Below, one piece after another: positions 35,857 through 44,829 of a DNA stretch of 64,000 bases (position 1 is the stretch's first letter; each line of letters opens with the position of its first letter). Under the pieces are notes generated by a model. That model was not told the origin of the DNA, ran no database searches, and saw only the letters and a program-made list of their open reading frames with translations. Location: the NCBI GenBank assembly GCA_045612105.1, contig JAZKYL010000147.1, positions 884 through 64,883 on the forward strand, read 5' to 3'. This DNA comes from Eubacteriales bacterium. Lineage in GTDB: Bacteria > Bacillota > Clostridia > Oscillospirales > CAG-272. The position numbers were made by a program, and so were the translations under genes.

Positions 35857-37080
35857 TTACATCACAAACTGGAACACACAGAATGCCGCGTAAATTCCAA
35901 GCAAAGTAATTCCCTGCCAACGCTTCAGCTTACCCTTGATAAGCGCGGGAATCGTCATCAGAAGCATTACGGTAAACATAACCGGAATGTCAATTACAAG
36001 AGACGCGTTCATTCCAGCGATCATTTTCTCGGCAGGAACAGCAAAGGGCGAGATAGTTATTGCCGCACCGCTTACAAGCACGAGATTGAAAATGTTCGCG
36101 CCGATAATATTACCGAGCGACAGCGAGCTGTGACCCTTCGCAAGCGCAGTAATTGCGGTTACAAGCTCGGGAAGCGAGGTTCCGAGAGCCACAAAGGTAA
36201 GAGCTATAACGCTTTCGGGAACACCAAGCTCGGTAGCGATAACGGTACCGTTGTCAACGAGAAGTGTCGCGCCGACGGCAATAACGATTGCACCGAAAAT
36301 CATGTAAATAATATTTGAATTAAGCAAACCAAGCTTGTTGGAAGTAATCGCCTTAATAAGACCAATCACAAGCAGGATAACACCCGCAACACCTACTATA
36401 TAGAAGGTGTTGAGCAGGTCTCCGAAGCTTGCGCCCTCGGGAAGAACGCCGAGAGGCTTGTCGGCGGAAACCAGAGCAACTATGTGACAGATCTGTGCCG
36501 CAATAAGTCCAACACCAACGATAATAAAACCAAGGAAATCACCAAGAGAGCTTTGCTTTTCCTCTTCAACCTCGTCGTCAAGAGCATCTACAACGTGTTC
36601 AACAGTCTTCTCCTCGGGCTTCATATTTTTAAATGCCTGAATCACCTGGAAGGCCATATAGCCAAGGAATCCCAAAAGAAGCACGATTCCCGCAATTCTT
36701 GTAAAGCCTTCTGGTGAGAAATAAGCGATCAGCGAATAGAAGATCGCCGCGCAGAAGAAGAAAATAACGGGAAATACCAGCGTTTTTCTTTCAGCCTTTG
36801 CGGGTCGGATCGCAATCGTAAGAGCAGCGATGAGAGCGGTATTACAGATGATAGAGCCGATGGCGTTGCCGTATGCCATAGATCCTGTTCCCTGCGCAGC
36901 CGCAGTCGCCGATACCATAACTTCGGGCAGAGTTGTTCCGATAGATACAACGGTCGCTCCAATAAGTATCTCGGGAATGTGGAATCTTTTAGCGATTCCG
37001 GTTGAACCATCAACGAACCAGTCGCCGCCTTTAATAAGCAAAACAAGTCCGATAGCAAATAAAACTACGTTAATTATCAT
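35857..37080 (-). CDS. calcium/sodium antiporter (CaCA / YrbG family)
   Basis: About 407 aa. Alpha-repeat motifs GATVVSIGTTLPE and ALTFVALGTSLPEL. ATG 37080 with a GGAGG RBS is preferred over TTG 37092. Confidence 0.88.
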   Translation of the reverse strand: MIINVVLFAIGLVLLIKGGDWFVDGSTGIAKRFHIPEILIGATVVSIGTTLPEVMVSATAAAQGTGSMAYGNAIGSIICNTALIAALTIAIRPAKAERKTLVFPVIFFFCAAIFYSLIAYFSPEGFTRIAGIVLLLGFLGYMAFQVIQAFKNMKPEEKTVEHVVDALDDEVEEEKQSSLGDFLGFIIVGVGLIAAQICHIVALVSADKPLGVLPEGASFGDLLNTFYIVGVAGVILLVIGLIKAITSNKLGLLNSNIIYMIFGAIVIAVGATLLVDNGTVIATELGVPESVIALTFVALGTSLPELVTAITALAKGHSSLSLGNIIGANIFNLVLVSGAAITISPFAVPAEKMIAGMNASLVIDIPVMFTVMLLMTIPALIKGKLKRWQGITLLGIYAAFCVFQFVM

Positions 37081-37236
37081 TTTTGCCTCCAAAAAATATA
37101 CATTTATAATATTTTACCACACAAAAACCTTTTTGTCAACAGGGTTTTCATGTTATTTTATTCAAATTCAAATATCATAAAAAAGAGCCTCTCATGCACC
37201 CAAAAGCGCGTGAAAGACTCCTTTTACTAATTATTA

Positions 37237-37461
37237 TCAAGCCTTTCTCTCTTCAAGAAATCGGCAAACGTCGCCAACGGTCTCAAATCTTACAGGCTCG
37301 GTAAACCTGAATCCGAATGCCGCCTCGATCTCCATAGCAAAGAGCATGATCGACAATGAATCAAGTCCAAGATCGTCGATAAGCTTTGTTGACTCGGTAA
37401 CCGAATCCATATCAATGTTTTTATTTACTTTTCCAAGTATTTCTTTAAGCTGTTCAAGCAT
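37237..37461 (-). CDS. acpP: acyl carrier protein
   Basis: 74 aa with the phosphopantetheine attachment motif LGLDSLS. Confidence 0.85.
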   Translation of the reverse strand: MLEQLKEILGKVNKNIDMDSVTESTKLIDDLGLDSLSIMLFAMEIEAAFGFRFTEPVRFETVGDVCRFLEERKA

Positions 37462-37490
37462 ATTTTTATCCTTTTTCCTTTCTTATCTGA

Positions 37491-38621
37491 TTATAAGTTT
37501 TTTACGTATGAACGGCGACGTTTATGCTGTTTCTGATCGAAGTATTTCCACTGCGCCAGAACCTGAGTGTTGGTTTCAAGGTTGAGATTAGTCTCAAAAT
37601 AATCGATCTCGCCGCTCTCAAGATATTCGGTCATTTTGTGGAGCATAACGGCATTAACACCCGCCGATTGATACTCGGGAAGTATCGCCACCAAGGCAAG
37701 ATCAACCACCCTCGGCTTTTTCACAAGCTTCAGAAGCTTTAAAAGCGTTGTGGGTGTCAATCTTCCTCCGCTCTTCTGTAAGGACTCACCAAATCCGGGA
37801 ATACAAAGGGCGAAGGACACCACCTTGTCGTTCTCATCACATATAATTATCAAATATTTCTTGTTGATCACAAGCATAAACTGATCGATTATCTGCGCTT
37901 TCATTTCTTCGGTAAATGGTACGGTTCCGTAAAGATGACGGTAGCATAGGTCGATGCACTCAAATACTCCGTCCTTATATTTAGAGATATATTCCTTCTT
38001 CGACATCGAGTCGGGATCAACCACGTGAAGCTTGCTAAGCTCAAGGGCGCGCTCGGCAACTCTCTCAAGCATAATATTCTTTTCCTTTGGAGCGCGAAGC
38101 TGAGATTCAAGCCAATCTATCTCCTTTACGTATCCGCATCCTTCGATAAGCGCGGGATAGTAGTCGTAATTGTACTGCTCCTCAAAGGTAGAAAGCTGAT
38201 CGAATCCCTCGATAAGCAATCCCTCTCTCTCAAGGTCACTGTAACCAAGAGGACCGCAGACCGTATCAAGGCCTCTGGCTCTTCCCCACGCTTCAAGAGC
38301 GTCGAAAAGTGCCTTTGCCACGTCAAGGTCATCTGTCGCGTCAAATCTTGTAAAACGAAGCCTTTTTTCGTTATGAATCTCATTGGATTGCTTCTGCAAA
38401 ATTCCTTGAATCCGTCCTACCGTCTTTCCGTCCTTCTCAGCCAGGAAAAACACCGACTCGCAAGTGTTTGCGTATGCGTTTTTGTCGGTAAACATCTGCA
38501 TCTCGTCACCGTAAAGGGGCGGAACGAAATAAGGGCAATCCTTATACATACGTAAAGGAAACTCAACAAACTTTTTCCGCTGCTTTTTGGTCTGTACTTC
38601 AATAACCTTAATATCAGCCAT
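37491..38621 (-). CDS. GNAT-like acyltransferase of unknown specificity (two-lobed, ~376 aa)
   Basis: 376-aa ORF. The C-terminal part (VAILPEYQSAGVNAVML) is GNAT-like. It lies between degV and acpP in an apparent operon. The family assignment is tentative. Confidence 0.6.
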   Translation of the reverse strand: MADIKVIEVQTKKQRKKFVEFPLRMYKDCPYFVPPLYGDEMQMFTDKNAYANTCESVFFLAEKDGKTVGRIQGILQKQSNEIHNEKRLRFTRFDATDDLDVAKALFDALEAWGRARGLDTVCGPLGYSDLEREGLLIEGFDQLSTFEEQYNYDYYPALIEGCGYVKEIDWLESQLRAPKEKNIMLERVAERALELSKLHVVDPDSMSKKEYISKYKDGVFECIDLCYRHLYGTVPFTEEMKAQIIDQFMLVINKKYLIIICDENDKVVSFALCIPGFGESLQKSGGRLTPTTLLKLLKLVKKPRVVDLALVAILPEYQSAGVNAVMLHKMTEYLESGEIDYFETNLNLETNTQVLAQWKYFDQKQHKRRRSYVKNL

Positions 38622-38623
38622 TG

Positions 38624-39538
38624 TTATACCTCGTCAAGAGACTCATCGTTACGGCGAATGAATGCAAGACCGTATCCCGCAACCCAGGGACCGTTATGAC
38701 AGCCGCTGACAGGCGACATAATAACGTCTTCGTGATTGGTCTTGATACCGTGCTTCTCTTCTATCTCCTTAAGTTGAACCAGAAGCGACGGACCTGTGTA
38801 AATGTGCCAAAGCAGATAATCCTCGGGAGAACGGTCGCCGATAAGCTCCTTTAACACCTCGCAGGTCTGATTAAGTGCTTTTTTCTGAGTTCTGACGCTC
38901 TGTAAAGGCACGATCTCACCGTCGCGCGTAAAGTGGATAACGGGACAGATGCTGAGCATTTTACCCATAAGTGCCTTACCGCCCTTAAGTCTGCCATTGT
39001 AAATAAGATAATCAAGTCTGCCTGCCACACCGAGAAATTCCTGACGGTTCATCATCCAAGCGATCTCCTTAAGGATAGTCTCGGTAGGAATACCCTCCTC
39101 TATCATCTCTGCCGCCTTAATAGCAAGCAAGCCCTCGCCAAAGCAGGTGATCTTGGAATTGATGACGTGAATATTCATCTTATCCTTGTACTCCTCGGCA
39201 ATAAGACGAATGAGGTTATACGTGCCGCCTAAAGCCGCGCTGATGCAGATTACAATAAGCTCACCATAACCCTCTTCATATGCCTTATCAAAATGAGACA
39301 TTATCTCCTCTCTCGTAGGCATCGACGTATAGGGCAGATTGTCTTTGGGGTTCTCAAGAGTCTCAAGCTCCGCGTAAAAAGCCACGGGATCGAGATCAAA
39401 GCCCTCAAGATACTCCTTGCCGTTAAAATGCATATGTACGCGAATTATGTCAATATTCTTTTCTCTATATCTCTCGGGAGCGTACTCAATGCAACCCGTA
39501 GACGTACACATTACTTTTCTTTTGGTCTCCATAATCAT
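38624..39538 (-). CDS. DegV family fatty-acid-binding protein (FakB-like)
   Basis: 304 aa with DegV-like sequence. Its start overlaps the plsX stop. Confidence 0.8.
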   Translation of the reverse strand: MIMETKRKVMCTSTGCIEYAPERYREKNIDIIRVHMHFNGKEYLEGFDLDPVAFYAELETLENPKDNLPYTSMPTREEIMSHFDKAYEEGYGELIVICISAALGGTYNLIRLIAEEYKDKMNIHVINSKITCFGEGLLAIKAAEMIEEGIPTETILKEIAWMMNRQEFLGVAGRLDYLIYNGRLKGGKALMGKMLSICPVIHFTRDGEIVPLQSVRTQKKALNQTCEVLKELIGDRSPEDYLLWHIYTGPSLLVQLKEIEEKHGIKTNHEDVIMSPVSGCHNGPWVAGYGLAFIRRNDESLDEV

Positions 39539-40530
39539 CTATTGTCCTTTCCGTAAAATATGTCTCTGTTTTTAACAATATTCAAAAGCATAGCCGAGGT
39601 ATTTGTAATAGAATCAGCGTTTGCCGAGCCTCTCGCCTTGATTATTGGTTTGCCCGCGCCAAGCACGATACCGCCGCCAAGCGAATTGAAATCGTAAATG
39701 CCCATAAGATGCTTAACCAGCTTCATTATCTCGGCACTTCCCGTCGCCTTCGAATATTTAACAATATCGGTTATGATTCTTCTGGCAATTCCCTCTGAAT
39801 TCTTGAATACCTGATTGCCCGCAAAGCCCTCGGCAACAAGCACGTCGCAGTCACCCGAAAGCGCGCGGTTGCCTTCGATATTACCGACGAAATTAAGGTC
39901 TTTTTCCTCCTTGAGAAGCGCGTGGGTAGCCTTAACAAGCTTGTTTCCCTTGGTCTCCTCCGCGCCGTTGGAAAGAAGTCCTATCCTCGGGTTTTCGATA
40001 TTGTAATAATCTCTCATAAAATCCGAGCCCATATGAGCAAAATCCACCAGATGCTCCGCGTTACAGTCGATATTTGCACCCGTGTCTACAAGGCAGGTAA
40101 ATCCACCCGTCTCTGCGGGAAGTATAGCCGCAAGCGCAGGTCTTTTCAGCACCTTTGCGGGAACGTAGCGAAGCGAGCCCGCAAGCAAAGCTCCCGTGCT
40201 TCCCGCGTTGATAAGACCAACTATATCTTCTCTCTCTCCGGTGGCAACAAGTGCCTTCACAAGAGAAGACTCGGTCTTTCTGAATATCGCCTCCATAGGA
40301 TTGTCGTAGTTTGTTACAACGTCGTCCGCGTGAACAACTTCAACACGCTCTTTGTCATATTCAAGCTCGGAAAGCTTTTTACCAATAGCCTCCTTGTCAC
40401 CAAACAGAACGATGGCAAGGTCGTCATTCTGTCTTAATGCGTTGACCGCTCCCTCCACAAGTATCTCGGGACCGTTATCACTGCCCATTACGTCTATTGC
40501 TATCTTATAATAATTCATATCAAAAAGCAC
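39535..40530 (-). CDS. plsX: phosphate acyltransferase PlsX
   Basis: 331 aa. KIAIDVMGSDNGP at the N-terminus is typical of PlsX. Confidence 0.92.
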   Translation of the reverse strand: MLFDMNYYKIAIDVMGSDNGPEILVEGAVNALRQNDDLAIVLFGDKEAIGKKLSELEYDKERVEVVHADDVVTNYDNPMEAIFRKTESSLVKALVATGEREDIVGLINAGSTGALLAGSLRYVPAKVLKRPALAAILPAETGGFTCLVDTGANIDCNAEHLVDFAHMGSDFMRDYYNIENPRIGLLSNGAEETKGNKLVKATHALLKEEKDLNFVGNIEGNRALSGDCDVLVAEGFAGNQVFKNSEGIARRIITDIVKYSKATGSAEIMKLVKHLMGIYDFNSLGGGIVLGAGKPIIKARGSANADSITNTSAMLLNIVKNRDIFYGKDNR

Positions 40531-40541
40531 CTTTCACTATA

Positions 40542-42197
40542 TTATTCAACCGCCACAAGGTAATCGTAGATATCCTGACCGCCAATAAGCACCTGAAGCT
40601 CAAGGTCCTCAAACCTTTCCTCAATCGCCTCGGTCATCTCTACTCTCTCTTCTTCACTTACCCGAGCACCCACAAAAAGCGTAATAAGCTCGCGACAGTC
40701 AATATCGTCTATCTTCTCTATCATTTCGCAGGTCGCCTCAATAACGTCATTCTTCGAAGTAACTATCTCACCGCCAAGAATACCGATATATTCGCCTCGC
40801 TTGATGTCAAGTCCACCAACCGAAGTATCCCTGATAGCAACCGTCACCTCGCCCGAGCAAACACCGTCCTTCGCGGCTAAAATATCTTCTATCTGCTCGT
40901 CAATGCTTTCAACCGACGAATTAAATACCGAAAGCGCCGCGTATCCCTCGGGAAGAGTTTTGGTGGGAATAACCGTCACGTTTTCGCCGCCCCAAAGCTC
41001 CGCCGCCTGACTTGCGGTAAGCAGAATGTTGCCGTTGTTGGGAAACACAAGTATGTGATCGACGTTAAGGCTATCAAATGCCGACAAAAACTGCTCAGCC
41101 GCAGGATTTCCCGTCTGACCGCCGTTGATAACCACGTCAGCTCCCAACGACTCAAAAAGTGCCGTCATACCGTCGCCGGTTGCCACGGTTACTACTCCGT
41201 AACGCTTGTGCGGCTTCTTTTTCTCATTCTCGGCTTTTTCAAGCTTTTCGGAATGCTGAAGACTCATATTCTCAATTTTAACGTTCAAAAACTCACCGTA
41301 TTTCTGGCAAAGTATCAATATATCGCTGGGTGTCGGGGTGTGAGCGTGTACCTTAAGTACATCCCCGTCCCTGATAGCAACAATAGACTCGCAACCCATA
41401 CCTTCAAGTGCAGCTACGAATTCTTTTTCACTGAAATCCTCGGACTCACCCTTGATCTTTTGCAATCTGACGAGACATTCGGTGCAATAACCGTATTCAA
41501 GAGAGCTTTCCGAGGTAAACAGATCGTAGTTGACCTCAACCTTCTCCTCTGCACCATAGCTGACGTTCACCGCCTCGTCTTCAGAAACAAGCGACTCGTA
41601 CATTCCCTTAATAATGCAAAGATATCCCGCGCCTCCGCTGTCAACAACGTCAGCCTCGGTGAGAACGGGAAGGATCTCCTTTGTCCTTTCAAGAGATCTC
41701 TCGGCTTCTTCAATATTCAGCTTCAAAAAATCTTCGACCGTACTGTCATCTCCAATGTGAGAACCCGCATATTCCGCACTCTCTCTGAAAACCGTAAGTA
41801 TAGTTCCCTCAACAGGATTAGCTACCGCAGTATAGGAACGCTCAACTCCCGCCAGACAAGCATTGGCAAGATCTCTGGTGCTTGCCACCTCCTTGTCCGC
41901 AAGAGAGCCGCACATTCCCGCGAAAAACTGCGACAAAATAACCCCTGAATTTCCTCTTGCGCCGAAAAGCGAGCCTTTAGAAAATCCTCCCGCCACGTCG
42001 CAAAGCGAAATATTCTCGTTGGACGGAATCTTCGCAATACCGCTCTCTATAGTCTTGCTCATATTGGTTCCCGTGTCACCGTCGGGCACAGGAAATACGT
42101 TCAGATCGTTTATAGTCTTGATATTTGAACGGATCCCATCGGCACCGCCGCGCAGAATGCGTCGGAACGTGTTTCCGTCAAGCTGTCTTATTTCCAT
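40542..42197 (-). CDS. DAK2-domain protein YloV / fatty acid kinase catalytic subunit FakA-like
   Basis: 551 aa. The N-terminal Dak2 domain has DGDTG and PVPDGDTGTNM, with a YloV-type C-terminal half. Confidence 0.85.
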   Translation of the reverse strand: MEIRQLDGNTFRRILRGGADGIRSNIKTINDLNVFPVPDGDTGTNMSKTIESGIAKIPSNENISLCDVAGGFSKGSLFGARGNSGVILSQFFAGMCGSLADKEVASTRDLANACLAGVERSYTAVANPVEGTILTVFRESAEYAGSHIGDDSTVEDFLKLNIEEAERSLERTKEILPVLTEADVVDSGGAGYLCIIKGMYESLVSEDEAVNVSYGAEEKVEVNYDLFTSESSLEYGYCTECLVRLQKIKGESEDFSEKEFVAALEGMGCESIVAIRDGDVLKVHAHTPTPSDILILCQKYGEFLNVKIENMSLQHSEKLEKAENEKKKPHKRYGVVTVATGDGMTALFESLGADVVINGGQTGNPAAEQFLSAFDSLNVDHILVFPNNGNILLTASQAAELWGGENVTVIPTKTLPEGYAALSVFNSSVESIDEQIEDILAAKDGVCSGEVTVAIRDTSVGGLDIKRGEYIGILGGEIVTSKNDVIEATCEMIEKIDDIDCRELITLFVGARVSEEERVEMTEAIEERFEDLELQVLIGGQDIYDYLVAVE

Positions 42198-42219
42198 AAT
42201 TTTACTCCGTCAATATAAT

Positions 42220-42753
42220 TTAAGCCTCTGCTCTATTCAAAAGCGGCTCTACCATAAGTACCGTCGCCTCCGCAAGACTGTTAATGTCATAACTCGTCTC
42301 CTTCAAGAGATGATCCCTTACCACACTAACAAATCCGCCGATAGCAAATGAGAGCTTAACTCCGTCCTCTGCTTCCTTTACTCTTCCGTCATAATAACGG
42401 TGAAGCCTTTCTCCAAGCTTTGCGCAAAGTACGTCCTGCTTTCCTCTGAAAACTATTTTTAAATAAGACGCTTCTTTCTCCAGCGAACGCAAAAGCCCAA
42501 CAATATATGCCTTGGGATCGTCAAACATCTTATCTTTTTCAGAAAAGCCCGACATCACCTTATCTATGGCAAAATCGTCTATTTCATCCGACAGCTGCGC
42601 CGAATCGGCATAATGATTATAAAAAGTAGTCTTATTTATCATCGCTACCTCGCAGATATCCTTGACCTTTATTTTCTCAGGCATAAGCTTTGTCCTGAGA
42701 GTTAAAAAAGCCTCTTTGATCTGCTTTCTGGTCTTTACCATTCTAAGATCCAT
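42220..42753 (-). CDS. TetR family transcriptional regulator
   Basis: 177 aa with an N-terminal HTH (IKVKDICEVAMINKTTFYNHY). It is the first gene of the minus-strand lipid operon. Confidence 0.85.
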   Translation of the reverse strand: MDLRMVKTRKQIKEAFLTLRTKLMPEKIKVKDICEVAMINKTTFYNHYADSAQLSDEIDDFAIDKVMSGFSEKDKMFDDPKAYIVGLLRSLEKEASYLKIVFRGKQDVLCAKLGERLHRYYDGRVKEAEDGVKLSFAIGGFVSVVRDHLLKETSYDINSLAEATVLMVEPLLNRAEA

Positions 42754-42897
42754 AGCTTTACCTCACCTTTCATATATAATTTATGCAAAGATAATCAACT
42801 TTAGTTGTATAAGTATATTATAGTCGTTTTTTGTCGAATTGTCAACAAAGTCTAAACCGAATTTTTCCTAAATTAACACAGTTTAACTTCAGTTAAC

Positions 42898-42937
42898 AAA
42901 AAAATACGGGAAACACCGAAATGCTTCCCGTATTTTT
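42898..42937 (-). terminator. rho-independent terminator ending the cohesin operon (bidirectional shape)
   Basis: ATACGGGAA (42904-42912) pairs with TTCCCGTAT (42925-42933), flanked by an A7 run and a T5 run. Confidence 0.75.
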
Positions 42938-42949
42938 CAATTGATCAGA

Positions 42950-44092
42950 TTAAATATCCTTCTTTTTCTTAATAAAGGTCAATGCTCCAAGTAATACTAC
43001 CGAAAACAGTGCGCCAAAGCTTATGGAAGATCCGCAACCCCAGGATTTATCGGGATTCTTGTCGCTTTCAACTTCCGCCTTGGTGCTCTCTTCACTTGCG
43101 GAAGTGTCCTTGGCACTATCGGTTACATCCCCGATCGTAAGGTCGGTTGTATTCTCAATTCTATCCTCAGTTGTATCCTCGGTTGTGTCCTCGGTTCTAA
43201 CATCGGTCTTATCATCGCTTGCCTCTGTCACTGTAACAGTTTCCTCAACCTCATTCTTAGGCAAAGTCGTTTCCTCATCCTTTGAAGAATCATTGTTGTT
43301 CGAGTTGTCACCTGAAGAAGGGTCGTTGTTCGAGTTGTCGCCCGAAGGAGGGTTATTGTTTTCCTCATCTGAAGTGGATTCCGCTTCAGTAATAATTCCG
43401 CCTTCGGTATCCTCCGCAGCTTGAGTCTCATCCGTAATAACGTCAGTTTCCTTATCGGGATCAGTAACGCCACAGTCGGTTTCTGTTTCTGCTTTGTTGG
43501 TTGTGTCCTCCTCTGTACCTATAGCGACACCTTGAGATTCGGTCTCACTCTCAACAGTTTCTTCGCTTACGAATATTTCATCGGTCTCTGTTGTTACCAC
43601 GTCAGCCGTAGTTTCATCGGTCACAGACTCAATAGGACCGCCTAAAACGTTGATCTTTATAGGCTCAATATTTACAGTAACGTCTTCCAGCTTAGCATTG
43701 CAACATTCATAAACTTTTACTATAATAACATTCTCACCAAATTTTGCGTTTTCACCAATTCTGAAGGTAATAGTAACTAACGTTCCCGTGGCGGTTGAAT
43801 CGCTTACTGAATCCCAAAGAATATTCAATCCGACGGTTATATCTTTCTTTATAGTACCGTTCTTTACGTCAACCACCTCAAAATCATCCGTTGAAGGCAC
43901 ATTGATCCTCATACCGGCGAATCCGGGATTGCTTTCAACATTAAGAACGACCTCTACCAACTCTCCTCTCTCGCCCTCTGCATCCGACACGGTGATCGTC
44001 ATAACGTCAGACGCAGAAACTCCGACACAGAGTAAAGAGAAAACCATAAGAACCGTTACGGTTATTAATAAGATTTTTTTAATTGCAGTCAT
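42950..44092 (-). CDS. cohesin-domain anchoring protein (signal peptide, cohesin, T/E/D-rich linker, C-terminal GCGSS-TM-KKKK tail)
   Basis: 380 aa. The cohesin-like module is coded at about 43637-44011 (...VVLNVESNPGFAGMRINV...). There is no LPXTG and no SLH. The hydrophobic C-terminus is followed by KKKKDI. Confidence 0.8.
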   Translation of the reverse strand: MTAIKKILLITVTVLMVFSLLCVGVSASDVMTITVSDAEGERGELVEVVLNVESNPGFAGMRINVPSTDDFEVVDVKNGTIKKDITVGLNILWDSVSDSTATGTLVTITFRIGENAKFGENVIIVKVYECCNAKLEDVTVNIEPIKINVLGGPIESVTDETTADVVTTETDEIFVSEETVESETESQGVAIGTEEDTTNKAETETDCGVTDPDKETDVITDETQAAEDTEGGIITEAESTSDEENNNPPSGDNSNNDPSSGDNSNNNDSSKDEETTLPKNEVEETVTVTEASDDKTDVRTEDTTEDTTEDRIENTTDLTIGDVTDSAKDTSASEESTKAEVESDKNPDKSWGCGSSISFGALFSVVLLGALTFIKKKKDI

Positions 44093-44114
44093 ATAATTAT
44101 ATCCTTGTAATTTT

Positions 44115-44804
44115 TTAATTTTGCTTGCCTAACACTACCGAAGAATGTCCCGTTTCGTAATCATAATTAGCAAGATACTGACGGATAAGTATAAGGTCTT
44201 TACCATCAACTGAACCATCATCGTTTGCGTCAGAACCGTAGAGCTCGTCGGAAGAGTTGCCATTAGTCAAATACTCTCTGAGCTTGATAACGTCAAGTGT
44301 ATCGACATTATCGTCACCGTTTACGTCACCGTACATAGGCGCAAGAGGCTCTCCGAGCACTTTGATCTTTATAGGCTCAATGCTTATACTAACGGGATCC
44401 AACTCATCATTAAAACACTCAATAACTCTGATATTAATGGTGTTCTCGCCTGCCTGCGCGCGATCGCCGATCCTAAATGTAACAGTAAGTAATGTTCCCG
44501 TAGCGGTTGAATCACTTGCAGAATCCCAAAGAATATTCTTTCCGCTGGTCATCGTTTTCATGACCGTGCCGTTCTTTACCTCCACGACCTCAAAATCCTC
44601 AGTCTGAGACACGTTAATCATCAAAGCGCAGAATCCGGGATTGCTTTCAACATTAAGAACGACCTCTACCAACTCTCCTCTTTCGCCTTCAGCAACAGAT
44701 GTAGTAACCGTCATAACGTCAGACGCAGAGACTCCGACACAGAGTGAGGAAAAAATCATAAGAACCGTTACGGTTATTAATAAGATTCTTTTTATTGCAT
44801 TCAT
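44115..44804 (-). CDS. adaptor scaffoldin: signal peptide, cohesin, dockerin
   Basis: 229 aa. The cohesin is coded at about 44346-44723. The dockerin (44118-44336) has the loops DVNGDDNVDTLD and DANDDGSVDGKD. Confidence 0.85.
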   Translation of the reverse strand: MNAIKRILLITVTVLMIFSSLCVGVSASDVMTVTTSVAEGERGELVEVVLNVESNPGFCALMINVSQTEDFEVVEVKNGTVMKTMTSGKNILWDSASDSTATGTLLTVTFRIGDRAQAGENTINIRVIECFNDELDPVSISIEPIKIKVLGEPLAPMYGDVNGDDNVDTLDVIKLREYLTNGNSSDELYGSDANDDGSVDGKDLILIRQYLANYDYETGHSSVVLGKQN

Positions 44805-44829
44805 ATGATGTATAAATCCTTATAACTTA

